This document shows, piece by piece, positions 1 to 13,800 of a stretch of 64,000 bases of DNA. Below the pieces are notes generated by a model. It saw only the letters and a list, made by a program, of their open reading frames with translations. It was not told the origin of the DNA and did not search any database. The number at the start of each line of letters is the position of its first letter. Position 1 is the first letter of the stretch. Source of the stretch: Felis catus (Eukaryota); the NCBI RefSeq assembly GCF_018350175.1, contig NC_058368.1, forward strand, positions 148,554,001 to 148,618,000. The letters are read 5' to 3'. The position numbers were made by a program, and so were the translations under genes.

Positions 1-589
1 CATTTCATATATATATATTTCAATGTATATATTTCAATATATATATATATATATATATTTCAATGTACTACTGGTGCATTAATTTTTAAAAACTAATGAA
101 TGAGTGACAATGCTTAGCTTAGAGTTGTCAGATTGTAGTCAAATTTGACACATCAGTAATAGTGACCTGAAATACTAACTTGAAACAAATTAAGGTTGTA
201 TGTAGGTAAAGGAAAAAAGGTGCTATAATCTAGTAACTTAGACTTCTACAGTCAAAGAATAGATAAATGGCTCCATACTTGTCAAGTGTTTACTAGCCTT
301 GAAATAGCTTTTATTATACCTATATTGATGTTCAACCCACCTTGTGGCATTAACTTTTCAAACACTATTGTTAGTGGCAAAAATTCCAAAGTTCTAACCA
401 GTAAAACTTAGATTCAACTTTTAAAACTGATATATTAACCATGGAAACTGGAAATAGCATTTCCAAGTCTCAATTTTTGAAAGTAGGTTTGTATGTGCAC
501 ATATATATACACATACACATATATGTCTTTAATAGACTTTAATTTTATAAAGAATACATGAATATATGCAAATCTATTTACATAATGAC

Positions 590-1828
590 TGCATGAGGAG
601 TTCTACAGACCCTGGACCCAATGAAAGAACAATGAATGGTGAAAAACATAAAGGTGTATACATAAACACTAATGAAACGATTATCTGCTCAGACGTATTC
701 CTAAGAGAAAAGTCTCTGGAAATTTTCCCAGAGGAATAATAAAAATGAAGTATCTCTTTAAGAAAAATCTAAATGTCAGTGAGAACATTAAGTCTGAGGC
801 ACTTGAACCCTGAGCCACTCACTCCCTTTGTAACCCTTTAGTCAGCCGCCATTGGGAAGGACAGGCAGTCAGCATTATCTTTCGCCCCAACTCTGTGTTG
901 CAGAGACTAAATATCAGGTGAATGAAGCTGAGAATATGAGGGCTCCTTTTTTTCATACAGTCCTCAATTATAGGGTAGAGGGTCTGAATCAGTTAATGAA
1001 AGATAAGAAAATGGGAACCCCAGTCACCTTCACTCTAGCTCCATGACCACAACAAGTGAAAGCATAGGTTAGCTATTTTACCAGAGAGAACCAGAGAAAG
1101 AGACAGCTATGACAAGCCCTTTTGTGGTCAGAGATCAAAGCCTTTCCTCAAAAACTACCTTGGAAAGTAGGGGCCCAAATTCAACTGGATCAGACTTTGG
1201 TGTAAGTTAACCTCCCAGTCACTGATGCAAACAATAGAGCAACCTGTAAGCCATCAATGGTTAATTATGATAACTACAGAACCCTTAGCAGAAGTATCAA
1301 GGAGAGATAATAAAAAAGAACCTGCTAAAACCATTGTCATCATAGGGTAACTAAACATGTCCAGCTGTGCCCTCTGAGGAATGACATTGAAAACTTCTGA
1401 TAGAGGGAAAATAGACTTCACTAAAATAATACAACTAAGTCACTAAAAAGTGAAACAAACAACAATAACAAGCCCCAGAATGGGAGTCAGTAGTCAGAAT
1501 TACTAAAACATTTCCTCTAAAATATCCAATTATAAAAGTTAATATAATAAACTTTACATTTATGCATGTTCTCCTTTCTTTTGTTAGTCTTTAATGACAT
1601 GCAATTATATAAAATAAAAATTATAGTATTGTACTATTGGTCTTATTACATATATAGATGTAATTGGTATAAGAATAATAGCACAAAAAAAAACAGGAAA
1701 AGGGAATACAGCTGTATAGAGGAAAAAGTTTGTATCTCACTGGAATTAAATTACTGTGAGTAAGAAATAAATTCTGATAAGTTAAAATATATGTGCTAAG
1801 TCCCAGAGCACCTAAGATAATAACATAT

Positions 1829-1870
<42 letters not shown>

Positions 1871-2028
1871 GGAAAAATTATTAAAGGAATTAAAATATTA
1901 GAGGGGTACCTGGATGGTTCAGTCAGTTAAACATCCAACTTCAACTCAGGTCATGATCTCACGGTTTGTGAGTTCAAGCCTCACATGTGATCTGTGCTGA
2001 CAGCTCAGAGCCTGGAGCCTGCTTTGGA

Positions 2029-2069
<41 letters not shown>

Positions 2070-2990
2070 TCTCTCTCTCTCTCTCTCTCTCTCTTCCCCT
2101 CTCCTGCTCACTTTCTGTCTCTCTGTCTCTCCCTCTCAAAAAAAAAAATAAACATTAAAAAATTTTAAATACTACCCTAGAATATACTCATTTAGTGTCT
2201 AAAGAAGATAGTAAAAGAGGAGCAGAGCTACAGAAAAGACATGAAATATATGGAAAATCAGAAGCAAACGGCAGCATAAATTCAACTATATAAATTACAA
2301 CATTAAATGTAAGAAGATTAACAATTCAAAAGGGAAAGGTTATCAGAATGGATTTTTAAAAAACCAACTGTATGTGATATACAAGAGACATTTTAAATTC
2401 AAAGATACAAATAGATACAATGTAAAGATAGGAAACTATGCATGATGAAAAGAGTGGCCATAATAACACGCCATTGGTAAACTATCAACTATCAGACAAA
2501 ACAGACTAAACAATAGAACATTACTAGTAATAAGAGGAATATTTTATAACGATAGAAGTGTCAATCTTGTCCTATCACAAACATACATGCACTTAACAAT
2601 AGAGCCCCAAAACATGTAAAGCAAAAACTGGCAGAACTGAAGGGAAAAAGACACCTCTATTTAACATTGTACTAAAGTTTCTAGCCAGAAAAGGTAGGCA
2701 AGAAAAAGAAATTAAAGGTATACATATAAAAAAGAAAAAAGTAAGGCAATTTCTACTTGGTATATAGAAAATCTTATGGAATTCAATAATAATACCATTA
2801 GAATCAGTAAAAGAGTTGAGCAAGGGTGTAGGATACAAGATTAATATACAGAAAGAAACTACATTTTTAAATACTAAAAATGAACAATCCAAAAGTTAAA
2901 TGAAGGGAATTCTATTTATAATATTATCAAAAGTAACAAGATACTTCAAAATTAATTTAACAAAAAAAGTGCAATCTTGGACACTAAAAA
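590..2990 (+). mobile_element. Ancient degraded LINE-1 (L1M-type): 5' region, inter-ORF, start of ORF2 endonuclease and part of RT, with large internal deletions
   Basis: A-rich strand bias; 'attacaacattaaatgtaagaagattaac' (~2295) resembles the ORF2 start (ITLNVNGLN); jumps to RT-like 'ctatttaacattgtactaaagtttctagccag' at ~2657. Confidence 0.65.
1903..2165 (+). mobile_element. CAN-SINE (SINEC) with (GT)n(CT)n expansion
   Basis: tRNA-derived head 'ggggtacctggatggttcagtcagttaa', CT tract, AATAAA/A tail. Confidence 0.95.
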
Positions 2991-3264
2991 TTTAGTGTCC
3001 CATATTACAGATATTCTATAATTTGTTTCATGATTCCCTATTATTAGACATGTTAGCCATTTAAATAATTTTATAATAAAGCAATGCCACAGAGACTAAT
3101 ATTGTGCCTTTATGTGATCATTTATTTCAAACCCGTAACTGCTGCCTCGGAAACTATGTAAGTCTAAATACTTTATGTAAAACTAAAAATATTAATATAT
3201 TTTTATACGTCTACCAAGAGTGTGTAAAAATTCGATTTTCCACATAATTTGGCTAATACTGTTT

Positions 3265-3320
<56 letters not shown>

Positions 3321-3689
3321 ATCTTTGCACCACACTAATGGACACTAAGTTTTTTTATTCTTATAATTTGCAATTCCTTGTTAGAAGATAATTTGAACAT
3401 TTTTCACATCAGCATATTTGTATATCTTTCCAAGTTCCCTATGATTGAACCATTATCAAATTATTTACTTTTATTAGTAAATTTGTTTTCTTATATTTTA
3501 TCATTCAGCAAGTATTTAATGAGTGTCTATTACAAGCCTCCTACCATTCTACTCACTGAGTTGTAGCTTTCTGCTGATATCCTTCATCAAGCTTAGCAAT
3601 TATCCTTTAAAACCATGTTTGAGAAAAGCATGTATTAATAAAAGACTGATAATTGTAGTGATGAAAAATGTCTATAGAGATACGTTTTA

Positions 3690-3815
3690 GGCTCTCTGCT
3701 GTCAGCTCAGAGTCCACTTGGAATCCTGTCCCCCCCCCTTCTGCTCCTCCTTACTTGCGTGTGAAAGTGTGCATGCGAGCTTGCTCTCTCTCTCAAAAAT
3801 AAAGATTAAAAAACA
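3690..3815 (+). mobile_element. 5'-truncated CAN-SINE
   Basis: SINE 3' half; degenerate TSD agagatacgtttta / agagacacatttta. Confidence 0.8.
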
Positions 3816-3960
3816 TTGAGAGAGAGACACATTTTATAATTTTCCTTTCTGGATCTGTTGTTACTAAATGTGTTGCTCATATTCTTGCATAAAATCATTT
3901 TATCAGTGTCTTTTTATGAATTACAATTTCCAACAGCTAACTTTAAAAATTTTGCAACTA

Positions 3961-4900
3961 GGCGGAGCTAAGAGGCTAGAACAACACGGAAGTTTTTTGT
4001 GTGTCTCACGTCCGTGAATACATCCAGACCAACACTAAACCATCCTGTACACCTAGAAAACTAATTGGAGGATTAACACAACAATTTACACAAACTGAAC
4101 CACAGAATTCAGCAAGTACGCGGCACTGAGAGCTGAACTTGGGGACCGAGAAGCCGCGGGAAGAGAACTACTTTTGCGGGCAGAGAGAGGACGGAGACAG
4201 GGGTGTGGGGAGGAGGATGCAGGAAAAGCACCCCTCCCCAAAAGCAGCTGGAGAGAAAATGCAAAATTGGAAACAGCCTCAGGGACTAAACTAAAAAGTT
4301 AGAAGGGAGAAAAAAGAGGGTTTAAATTCCATTAAGACTGTAAAGAAGGGGAGCTCAAAGGCTGCAACTCCGCAGATCCATACCTGGCGGTGCTCTGGTG
4401 GGAAGGGCGAATCCCCAGGAAGAGAGTGGGGTCCGGGAGGTTCTCGGGCCACACGGGGAAAAGAGGTTCCACTGCTGGAAGGACATTTGGTAGAGACTGT
4501 TGAAGCCACCTGGTCCCAGCAGACCCCAGAGAACGGTCACATTCCTGATGCTGGAACAAGGTCGTTAAGGGTGAAGCCTGGTGCCAGATGTGTTGTGATT
4601 TTCCATAATCCCTGAAAAGCTGCTGCTACACTATCTTGGGAACTTTTTCTTGGGTGGGCTGGCACCTGGCACAGTCTCTGGACATCAGCAGCAGCACGGT
4701 CCTACGAACTTTCTTGGGTGCCGCCAGCATTCAGCCATAGCTGGGTGTGGCCATTTCACCACTCCCACCCACGCACACACTCACCTACAAAGGCCACAAT
4801 AATCTGTCCTAGGAAGCTAAGCAGCGCCATCTAGTGGAGAACAGAGTCATTGCTCTAAGACCCGCCGAACTGGGCCAACCTCACTCATAAAGAACAGATG
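3961..4900 (+). promoter_or_regulatory. L1 internal Pol II promoter (GC/CpG-richer 5'UTR)
   Basis: Locally GC-rich with retained CpGs at the 5' end of a full-length L1; activity unknown. Confidence 0.6.
4821..4839 (-). promoter_or_regulatory. CTCF-like motif in L1 5'UTR
   Basis: Minus strand reads CTCCACTAGATGGCGCTGC, matching the CCASYAGRKGGCR core. Confidence 0.5.
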
Positions 4901-5430
4901 TTTCACCGCCTGCTTATTTATGGACTATAAAGCGCATCATAGTCTGACTTCCAGGGGAAAATGAAGTAATTTCAGTCATATTTCAGTCTGTTAGCAGATT
5001 CATCTATTCAATTTTCTTTTCTTTTTTTCTTTTTTTCTCTTTTTAATTTTTCTTTTTCTTGAATACATAAAGAGAAAAAATTCATTTTTTACTTTTAATT
5101 TTATTAGAAATATATTTTTTTATTTTTTTCTACTATATATTTTACTGTTGTGTAATTTTTTTCAAATTATATTTCCATCATGTCATTTTACTCTACATCA
5201 GTGTATTCATTTTTTCAACTTTTCAAATGATTTCCTTTTTTTTCTTCTTTCCCCTTTTTTCTCTAATCTATCAAGCTGCTGTCAATACTCAGACCAAAAC
5301 ACACCTAGGATCTAGCATCATTTATTCTATTTTGTGTGTGTGTGTTTAATTTTTTAATTTTAATCCTTTTTTAATTTTAATTTTTTTATTTTAATTTTTC
5401 TACCTCATTAATTCCTTTGCTCCATTCAAA

Positions 5431-6310
5431 ATGGCAAAATGAAGGAATTCACTCCCCAAAAAAGAACACAAAGAAACGACAGCCAGGGATTTAACCAATA
5501 CAGATACAAGCAAGATGTCTGAACCAGAATTTAGAATCACAATAATAAGAATACTAGCTGGAGTCAAAAATATATTAGAATCCTTTTCTGCAGAGACAAA
5601 AGAAGTAAAAAATAGTCAGAATGAAATTAAAAATGCTATAACTGAGCTGCAATCACTGATGGATATGCTGTGGTGGCAAGGATGGATGAGACAGAACAGA
5701 GAATCAGTGATATAGAGGACAAACTTATAGAGAATAATGAAGAAGAAAGAAAGAGGGAGGTTAAGGCAAAAGAGCACGATTTAAGAATTAGAGAAATCAG
5801 GGACTCATTAAAAACGAACAACATCAGAATCAAAGGGGTCCCAAAAGAGGAAGAAAGAGAAATAAGGGTAAAAGAGTTATGTGAACAAATCATAGTAGAA
5901 AACTTTCCTAACCTGGGGAAAGACACAGACCTCAAAATCCAGGAAGCACAGAGGACCCCCATTAGATTCAACAAAAACCGACCATCAACAAGGCATTTCA
6001 TAATCAAATTCACAAAATACTCAGGGAAGGAGAGAATCATGAAAGCAGCAAGGGAAAAACAGTCCCTAACCTCCACGGGAAGACAGATCAGGATTGCACC
6101 TGCCTATCCACAGAAACGTGGCAGGGAGAAAGGAGTGGCAGGCTATATTCAATGTGCTGAATCAGAAAAATATGCAACCATGAATTCTTTATCCAGCAAG
6201 GCTGTCATTCAAAATAGAAGGAGAGATAAAAAGTTTCCCAGACAAACAAAAATTAAAGGAGTTTGTGACCACTAAACCATCCCTACAAGAAATTTTAAGG
6301 GGACTCTCTG
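5431..6310 (+). pseudogene. L1 ORF1p (RNA-binding chaperone), disrupted
   Basis: ORF fragments MSEPEFRITIIRIL..., ...NNIRIKGVPKEEE...ENFPNLGK...IQEAQRTP; early stop and frameshifts. Confidence 0.93.
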
Positions 6311-6339
6311 AGGGGAGAAAAGATGAATTTTTATATTTG

Positions 6340-6420
6340 TATATACATATATATACACATACATATATGTATATGTGTGTGTGTGTGTGTGTGTTGTGTG
6401 TGTGTGTGTGTGTGTGTGTG
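6340..6420. repeat. (TA)n/(TG)n microsatellite in the L1 inter-ORF spacer
   Basis: Directly visible. Confidence 0.9.
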
Positions 6421-6490
6421 CATCAAAAGCAACAAAGATTAGAAAGGACCAGAAAACACCACCAGAAACTCCAACTCTACGAGCATGATA

Positions 6491-9400
6491 ATGACAATAA
6501 ATTAATATCTTTCAGTACTCACTCTAAAGGTCAATGGCCTCAATGCTCCAATCAAAAGACATAGGGTAACAGAATAGATAAGAAACAAGATCCATCTATA
6601 TGCTGTTTACAAGAGACTCCCTTTACACCTGAAGACACCTTCAGATTGAAAGTAAGGGGATTGAGAACCATCTATCATGCTAATGGTCAAAAAGAAAGCC
6701 AAAGTAGCCATACTCATATCAGACTATCTAGACTTTAAAATAAAGACCGTATCAAAAGATGCAGAAGGGCGTTATATCATAATCAAGGGGTCTATCAACC
6801 AAGAAGACCTAACAATTGTAAACATTTATGCACCAAATGTGGAAACACCCAAATATACAAATCAATTAATCACAAACATAAAGAAACTCATAGATAGTAA
6901 TACCATAATAGAAGGAGACTTCAACACTCCACTCAGAGCAATGGACAGATCATCTAATCAAAAAGTCAACAAGGAAACAGTGGCTTTGGATGACACACTG
7001 AACCAGATGGACTAATGGATGTTCTGAAATGTTCTGAATATTTCATCCTAAAGCAGTGGAATATACATTCTTCTCCAGTATAGACCATATACCGGGACAC
7101 AAATCAGCCCTAAGTAAATACAAAAAGATCAAGATCATACCATGCATATTTTCAGACCACAACGCTATGAAACTCGAAATCAACCACAAGAAAAAATTTG
7201 TAAAAGGTAACAAATACTTGGAGACTGAAGAACATCCTGCTAAAGAATCAATGGGATAACCAAGCAGCTTAAGAGGAATTTAAAAAGTATATGGGAGTCA
7301 ATGAAAATGATAACACCACAATCCAAGACCTCTGGGACGCAGCAAAGGCAGTCATAAGAGGAAAGGATATAGGAATCCAGGCCTTCCTAAAGAAGGAAGA
7401 AAGATCTCAGATACACAACCTAACCTTACACCTTAAGGAGCTGGAAAAAAGAACAGTAAATACAACCCAAAACCAGCAAAGACAGGAAATAATAAAGATT
7501 AGAGCAGATTAATACTATTAAAACCGAAAAAACAAACAAACAAACCAAAAAAACAGTACAACAGATCAATGAAACCAGAAGCTGGTTCTTTGAAAGAATT
7601 AACAAAATTCAAAAACCACTAGCCAGTTTGATCAAAAAGAAAAAGGAAATGACCCAAAGAAATAAAATCAACAATTAAAGAAGAGAGATCTCAACCAACA
7701 CAGCAGAAATAAAAACAAAAATAAGAGAATATTATGAGCAATTATATGCCAATAAAATGGGCAACCTGGGAGAAATGGACAAATTCCTAGAAACATATAC
7801 ACTACCAAAACTGAAACAGAAATAAATAGAAAATTTGAACAGAGCTACAACCAGTAAGGAAATCAAATTAGTAATTAAAAATCTGTCATAAAACCAAGAG
7901 TCCAGGGCCAGGTGGCTTTCCAGAGGAATTCTACAAACATTTAAAGAAGAGTTATCATGTATTCTCTTGAAGCTGTTCCAAAAAATAGAAATGGAAGGAA
8001 AACTTCCAAACCCTTTCTATGAAGCCAGCATTACCTACATTCCAAACCAGACACAGACTCCACTAAAAAGGAGAACTACAGACCAATTTCCCTGATGAAC
8101 ATGGATCCAAAAATCCTCAACAAGATATTAGCCAACCAGTACCAACAATGCATTAAAAAAATCATTCACCACGACCAAGTGGGATTTATACCTGGGATGC
8201 AGGGCTTGTTCAATATCTGGAAAACAATTAACGTGATTCATCACATCAATAAAAGAAAGGACAAGAGCCATATGATCCTCTCAATAGATGCAGAGAAAGC
8301 ATTTGACAAAATACAGCATACTTTCTTGATAAAAACCTTCAAGAAAGTAGGGATAGAAGGAGCATACCTTGAGATCATAAAAGCCATATATTAATGGCCC
8401 AAGGCTAATATCATTCTCAATGGGGAAATACTGAGAGTTTTCCCCCTAAGGTCAGGAACAAGACAGGGATGTCCACTCTCACCAATGTTATTCAACATAG
8501 TATTGGAAGTCTTAGCCTCTGCAATCAGACAACACAAAGAAATAAAAGGCATCTGAACTGGCCAGGAGGTGGTCAAACTTTCACTCTTCACAGATGACAT
8601 GATACTCTATATGGAAAACCCAAAAGATTCCACCAAAAAACTATCAGAACTGATCCATGCATTCAGCAAAGTTGCAGGATATAAAATCATGCACAGAAAT
8701 CGGTTACATTTCTATACAGCAACAATGAAGCAATAGAAAGAGAAATCAAGCTATCAATCTCATTTACAATTGCACCAAAAACCATAAAATACCTAGGAAT
8801 TAATCTGATCAAAGAGGTGCAAAATCTATACACTGAAAGCTATAGAAACCTTATGAAAGAAATTAAAGAAGACACAAAAAAATGGAAAAAGATTCCATGC
8901 TCCTGAGTAGGAAGAACAAATATTGTTGAAATGTCAATACTACCCAAAGGAATCTACGTATTCAATGCAATCCCTATCAAAATAACACCAGTATTCTTCA
9001 CAGAGTTAGTACAAATAATGCTAAAATTGTATGGAAGCAGAAAAGACCCCCAATACACAAAGCATTCTTGAAAACCAAAGCAAGAGTCATCACAATCCCA
9101 GACTTCAAGCTGTACTACAAAGCTGTAATCATCAGGACAGTATTGTACTGGCAAAAAACAGACACTCAGATCAATGGAACAGAATAAAGAACCCAGAAAT
9201 GGACCCACAAACGTATGACCAACTAATCTTTGATAAAGCAGGAAAGAATATCCAATGGAATAAAGACAATCTGTTCAGCAAGTGGTGCTGGGAAAATTGG
9301 ACAGCGACATGCAGAAGAATGAACCTGGACCACTTTCTTACACCATACACAAAAATAAACTCAAAATGAATGAAAGACCTCAATGTAAGAATGGAAGCCA

Positions 9401-10149
9401 TCAAAATCCTCGAGGAGAAAGCAGGCAAAAACCTCTTTGATCTTGGTCACAGAAGCTTCTTACTCAACTTGTCTCCAGAGGCAAGGGAAACAAAAGCAAA
9501 AATGAACTATTGGTACCTCATCAGAATAAAAAGCTTCTGCACAGCGAAGGAAACAATCAGCAAAACTAAAAGGCAACCAACAGAATGGGAAAAGATATTT
9601 GCAAACGACATATCAGATAAAGGGTTTGTATCCAAAATCTATAAAGAACTTATTAAACTCAACACAGAAAAAACAAATAATCCTGTGAGGAAATGGGGAA
9701 AAGACATGAATAGACACTTCTCCAAAGAAGACATCCAGATGGCCAACTGACACATGAAAAAATGCTCAACATCACTCATCATCAGGGAAATATAAATCAA
9801 AACCACAATGAGATACCACCTTACACCTGTCTGAATGACTAACATTAACAAGTCAGGCAACAACAGATGTGGCAAGGATGCGGAGAAAGAGGATCTCTTT
9901 TGCACTGTTGGTGGCAATGCAAGCTGGTGCAGCCACTCTGGAAAACAGTATGGAGTTTCCTCAAAAAACTAAAAATGTAACTACCTTACGACCCAGCAAT
10001 TGCACTACTAGGCATTTATCCATGAGATACTGGTGTGCTGTTTCGAAGGGACACATGCACCCCCACATTTATAGCAGCACTATCAACTATACCAAAGTGT
10101 GAAAAAAAGCCCAAATGTCCATCGATGGATGAATGGATACAGAGGAAGT

Positions 10150-10207
<58 letters not shown>

Positions 10208-10352
10208 CACACACACAATGGAGTATTACTCAGCAATCAACAAGAATGAAATCTTGTCATTTGCAACTACGTGGATGGACCTGAAGGGTTTTATGCCAAG
10301 TGAAATTAGTGAGTCCGAGAAAGACAAAAATCATATGACTTCACTCATATGA
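6491..10352 (+). pseudogene. L1 ORF2p (endonuclease/reverse transcriptase), disrupted
   Basis: [45 protein letters not shown] motifs spread over several frames with stops. Confidence 0.95.
10152..10216. repeat. (TA)n(CA)n microsatellite inside L1 ORF2
   Basis: Directly visible. Confidence 0.95.
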
Positions 10353-10597
10353 GTACTTAAAGAGATAAAACAGATGAACATAAGGGAAGAAAACAAAAAT
10401 ATAAAATAGGGATGGGGACAAAACAGAAGAGACACATAAATATGGAGAACAAACTGAGGGTTACTGGAGGCGTTGTGAGAAGGTGGATGGGCTAAATGGG
10501 TAAGGGGCACTAAGGAATCTACTTCTGAAATCATTGTTGCACTATATGCTAGCTAATTAGGATTTAATTTAAAAAATAAAAAATAAAATTAAAAAAA

Positions 10598-10901
10598 GAG
10601 AAAACATCTGAAACTTCAACTCTAATAATATGACCCACTATTTTCTGGTAATAATGTAATGAATAGATAAATAAGCAGAAACTTAATTTATAAGTTTATT
10701 ATACATAATATAACAGGATGCCTGAATTATACAAAAGAACTAAGTTCAGTGTGATGAAGTACACATTAGAAAATGTTCTTGTTCTTTGGGAACTTTCACG
10801 AAACTTGCATAAAAGGAAAGACAGATGCAAACATTTTTAGAACTATCATTCTGAGACTTACAGAAGCTTTCTAATATAATAAACAATTTTAGTGCTAAAA
10901 A
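10598..10901 (+). other. Putative L1 3'-transduced segment
   Basis: Non-L1 DNA after the L1 A tail; AATAAA at 10878-10883, short A run at 10897-10901, then ttttgcaacta (10906-10916) identical to 3950-3960. Confidence 0.7.
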
Positions 10902-11565
10902 TATTTTTTGCAACTAATTATAGGAGAAAATGGTTTATATTCATTTTTATACTCTTCTTGCTATGCATCATGAATTGGATAATTGTGCATCATTCCCATC
11001 CTTTACAAACATCTATTTAACATAGAAATTATTTATTTGTATACATGGTAGAACACATCCAAAGTAATATCTAGTTTTATTTCTTTCTTACAGAAGATAC
11101 TTGATCATATTTTATTACTTTCTTTAATTTCTTCTAATACTTGAAAAATACAGATTTTTTCCTTTAAGTTTTGCTAATCTATAGTTTTGCCAAAAAAGTC
11201 ATCCAATTTTTAGGTTTTTAATAATGTTTAATGGTGTATGACTCATTCACAATTTTATAGACATCTATATCTAACGTCATTTCCTTTTTAATATATAATC
11301 TACTTGGTTGCTTTCCCTTCAAATTCCTATCTTCTCTCTGCTATTCTTTAACATATATATAGATATATAGATATATATGTTAAATACATATATTTGAAAT
11401 CATATTCTGACATAAAATATATAATTATTTAATGTTTTCTTTGTAGATTGGTTCTAAACACTAAATACACAAAAGTGGTTATTAAACTCTTATGATTATA
11501 TAAATATTTAACCTTGGAGATACATTTATTGTGCTGATATTGAGCTATTTTTTCTTCTTCCCTTT

Positions 11566-11630
11566 CTTCCTTCCTTCTTTCCTTCCTTCCTTCCTTCCTT
11601 CCTTCCTTCCTTCCTTCCTTCCTTCCTTCT
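11566..11630. repeat. (CCTT)n microsatellite
   Basis: Directly visible. Confidence 0.95.
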
Positions 11631-12863
11631 TTCTTGATTCAGTAAAATGATCTTTGTAAAATTTATAGCAAAATATTCCTTGTGTTGAAATTGAATTACT
11701 TTTTTCCTAAAATAATTTCTTAGACCATACCAAATTTTAAGATAACTTTTATTTGGCTCTGTATGTTTCTCATACATTTTCTCTGCTTTTATTTATCCTT
11801 ATTTTCCCTAGTTTACAGGATTTGAGTTTTCTTAGCACATTACCAGTATTATCTGTCTCTTTTGTCATTTAATATTCAGCTTAAAAGCCATTACATTAAT
11901 GAAAATGACATATTCCTCAGAACTCTCAACTTCATTCAATTGTTTCAAATGATTGCTTTCTGTATCTCCTTTTTAGTATTTCTCAGATTTCCTTCCTCTC
12001 AGTGTGTGATTATTGTTATAATAGTGTGCTTTGCACACATCATCATATTCTTTAACATTTATTTATAGAAGTTCATACTCATAGTAACTTTCTAAGTACA
12101 TAAAAGGTAAAATTTCTTTGTTTTTTTATATATGGTATTTTTGTTTTGTTGTCCTAACTGATATTTTATGAGTTTAGAATTAGAAATTTAATACCATTTT
12201 TGCTAAGCTATGTAAAGCCCTAACTCAACTGCCGCCTGGAATCCCACAGTGATAAGGAGAAGGCAGCAGCTTTCAGTTTTTCTTTTCATTCGTTTGAGCA
12301 CACAAGACAACACATCTCTTTTTACACATGTGTGAGCATGTATGTGGTTGTTGGCAACTTTGGATCTCTATACCATCACATTTCATAGAATTCCTCATTG
12401 TGTAGTGCTGCTTATGATCTAGGCTCAGTCAATTTGATGTGCCTGCACAAAACCCTGAAAGTTGAAAAAATGAGACAAAAGTTTGGCGGTGAATTTAAAT
12501 ACTTAGTGGGTTGTAAGTGTAGAGTTTCTCAATGATGGCAGAGAGTTTCGTTGTCCAACAGCCATCAGTAGTGGAGTGGTATGTACCTGATTATTGGTCT
12601 TACATGCCTATTCCTGTGGTTCCTGTGGCCTAATCTCCCTCCATATTATCTGAATATGGTTCTTCAGCGTCCTTTTATCAATGTAGTCAGCTGCTCAATA
12701 TGCATTCAAGTCTATTATCAAATCTACTCATAAAAAGAATGGGTCCATACGTTGCAACAACAACAAAAATGATTACAGGAAGATGCTATTGTTTTGTTAT
12801 TATATATAACTTTTTTAAATTCTTGAGGATCTTTTTTTTTCTTCTGTTTTTAGAGTACACATC

Positions 12864-12998
12864 TTTTTTTCCAATAATTTATTGTGAAGTTAGCTAACAT
12901 CCAGTGTATACAGAGTGCTCTTGGCTTTGGGAGTAGATTCCCAGGATTCAACACTTACATGCAACACCCAGTGCTCATCCCAACAAGTGCCCTCCTAA
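12864..12998 (-). mobile_element. Short L1 3'-end fragment (carnivore L1)
   Basis: Reverse complement of 'gggatgagcactgggtgttg...aataaatt' 3'UTR, T-run tail. Confidence 0.8.
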
Positions 12999-13743
12999 GT
13001 TTAAGACATTTTTTCAGTACATGTACATGCTTACCTACTTCTTTGCATTCACTCTGCTCTAAGGAATAGGATAACTTAAAAAAAATAAGTTTCAATATCA
13101 TAATTTATTCTCTTTTTATATAATACCTTCCACATAATTGATGATATTGTACAAGTTTTTAAAGCTCCTTTTGTAGATTTAATTTTCAGATTATTTTTTA
13201 TCATAATCACTATAAACCAGTAACTGTTAAATGTGTCCTTCTATTACAAACATTAAAAACAAAGTTTTTATGTCTTGTTTCTTGGAATAGTATTTACATG
13301 AATGATAGATTTGAGTATTAAAGTGGTTTTCCTTATATGAGTTTTATAAATAAAAAAGGAATCATCCATAAAATGTATTCTTGGGGTTTTCTAAATTTTA
13401 CTGTAAAAAAAAGTTTAAAGCACAGAAAAAGCATACTGTTAAAATCTTTGTATGGATTTCTTCCATTATCAAAGTTCACCTCAAACCTACTTAGCTTTAG
13501 TCAGAAAGTCAATAAGTTTTTCTTTAAAGAGCAGAATTGAACGAGAGTTTAACAGGTAAGGGAATCAAAACATCACACTCTGCACAAGCCCCAGGGAAAC
13601 AATGTTGATATATTTCAACACAATTTTTAAAAAAGACTCTTACATTGTAAATTCCCTGAGATTTAGAATTATTTAATAATTATCATAAATATTTTAGAGT
13701 ATTTGCAAAACAAATGTCACAGGTATGATCAGATATACAAATA

Positions 13744-13747
<4 letters not shown>

Positions 13748-13780
<33 letters not shown>

Positions 13781-13800
13781 GCACACACACACACACACAC
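13748..13800. repeat. (CA)n microsatellite
   Basis: Directly visible. Confidence 0.95.

Larger units (their letters stand above)
3961..10597 (+). mobile_element. Full-length (~6.6 kb) carnivoran LINE-1, inactivated
   Basis: GC-rich 5'UTR, ORF1 and ORF2 fragments in the ORF track (EN, RT, C-terminal), G-rich 3'UTR, A tail; TT|AAAA target at 3943-3949. Confidence 0.97.

Noticed and set aside
5431..10352. Possibly active full-length L1
   Set aside because: Both ORFs contain many stops and frameshifts
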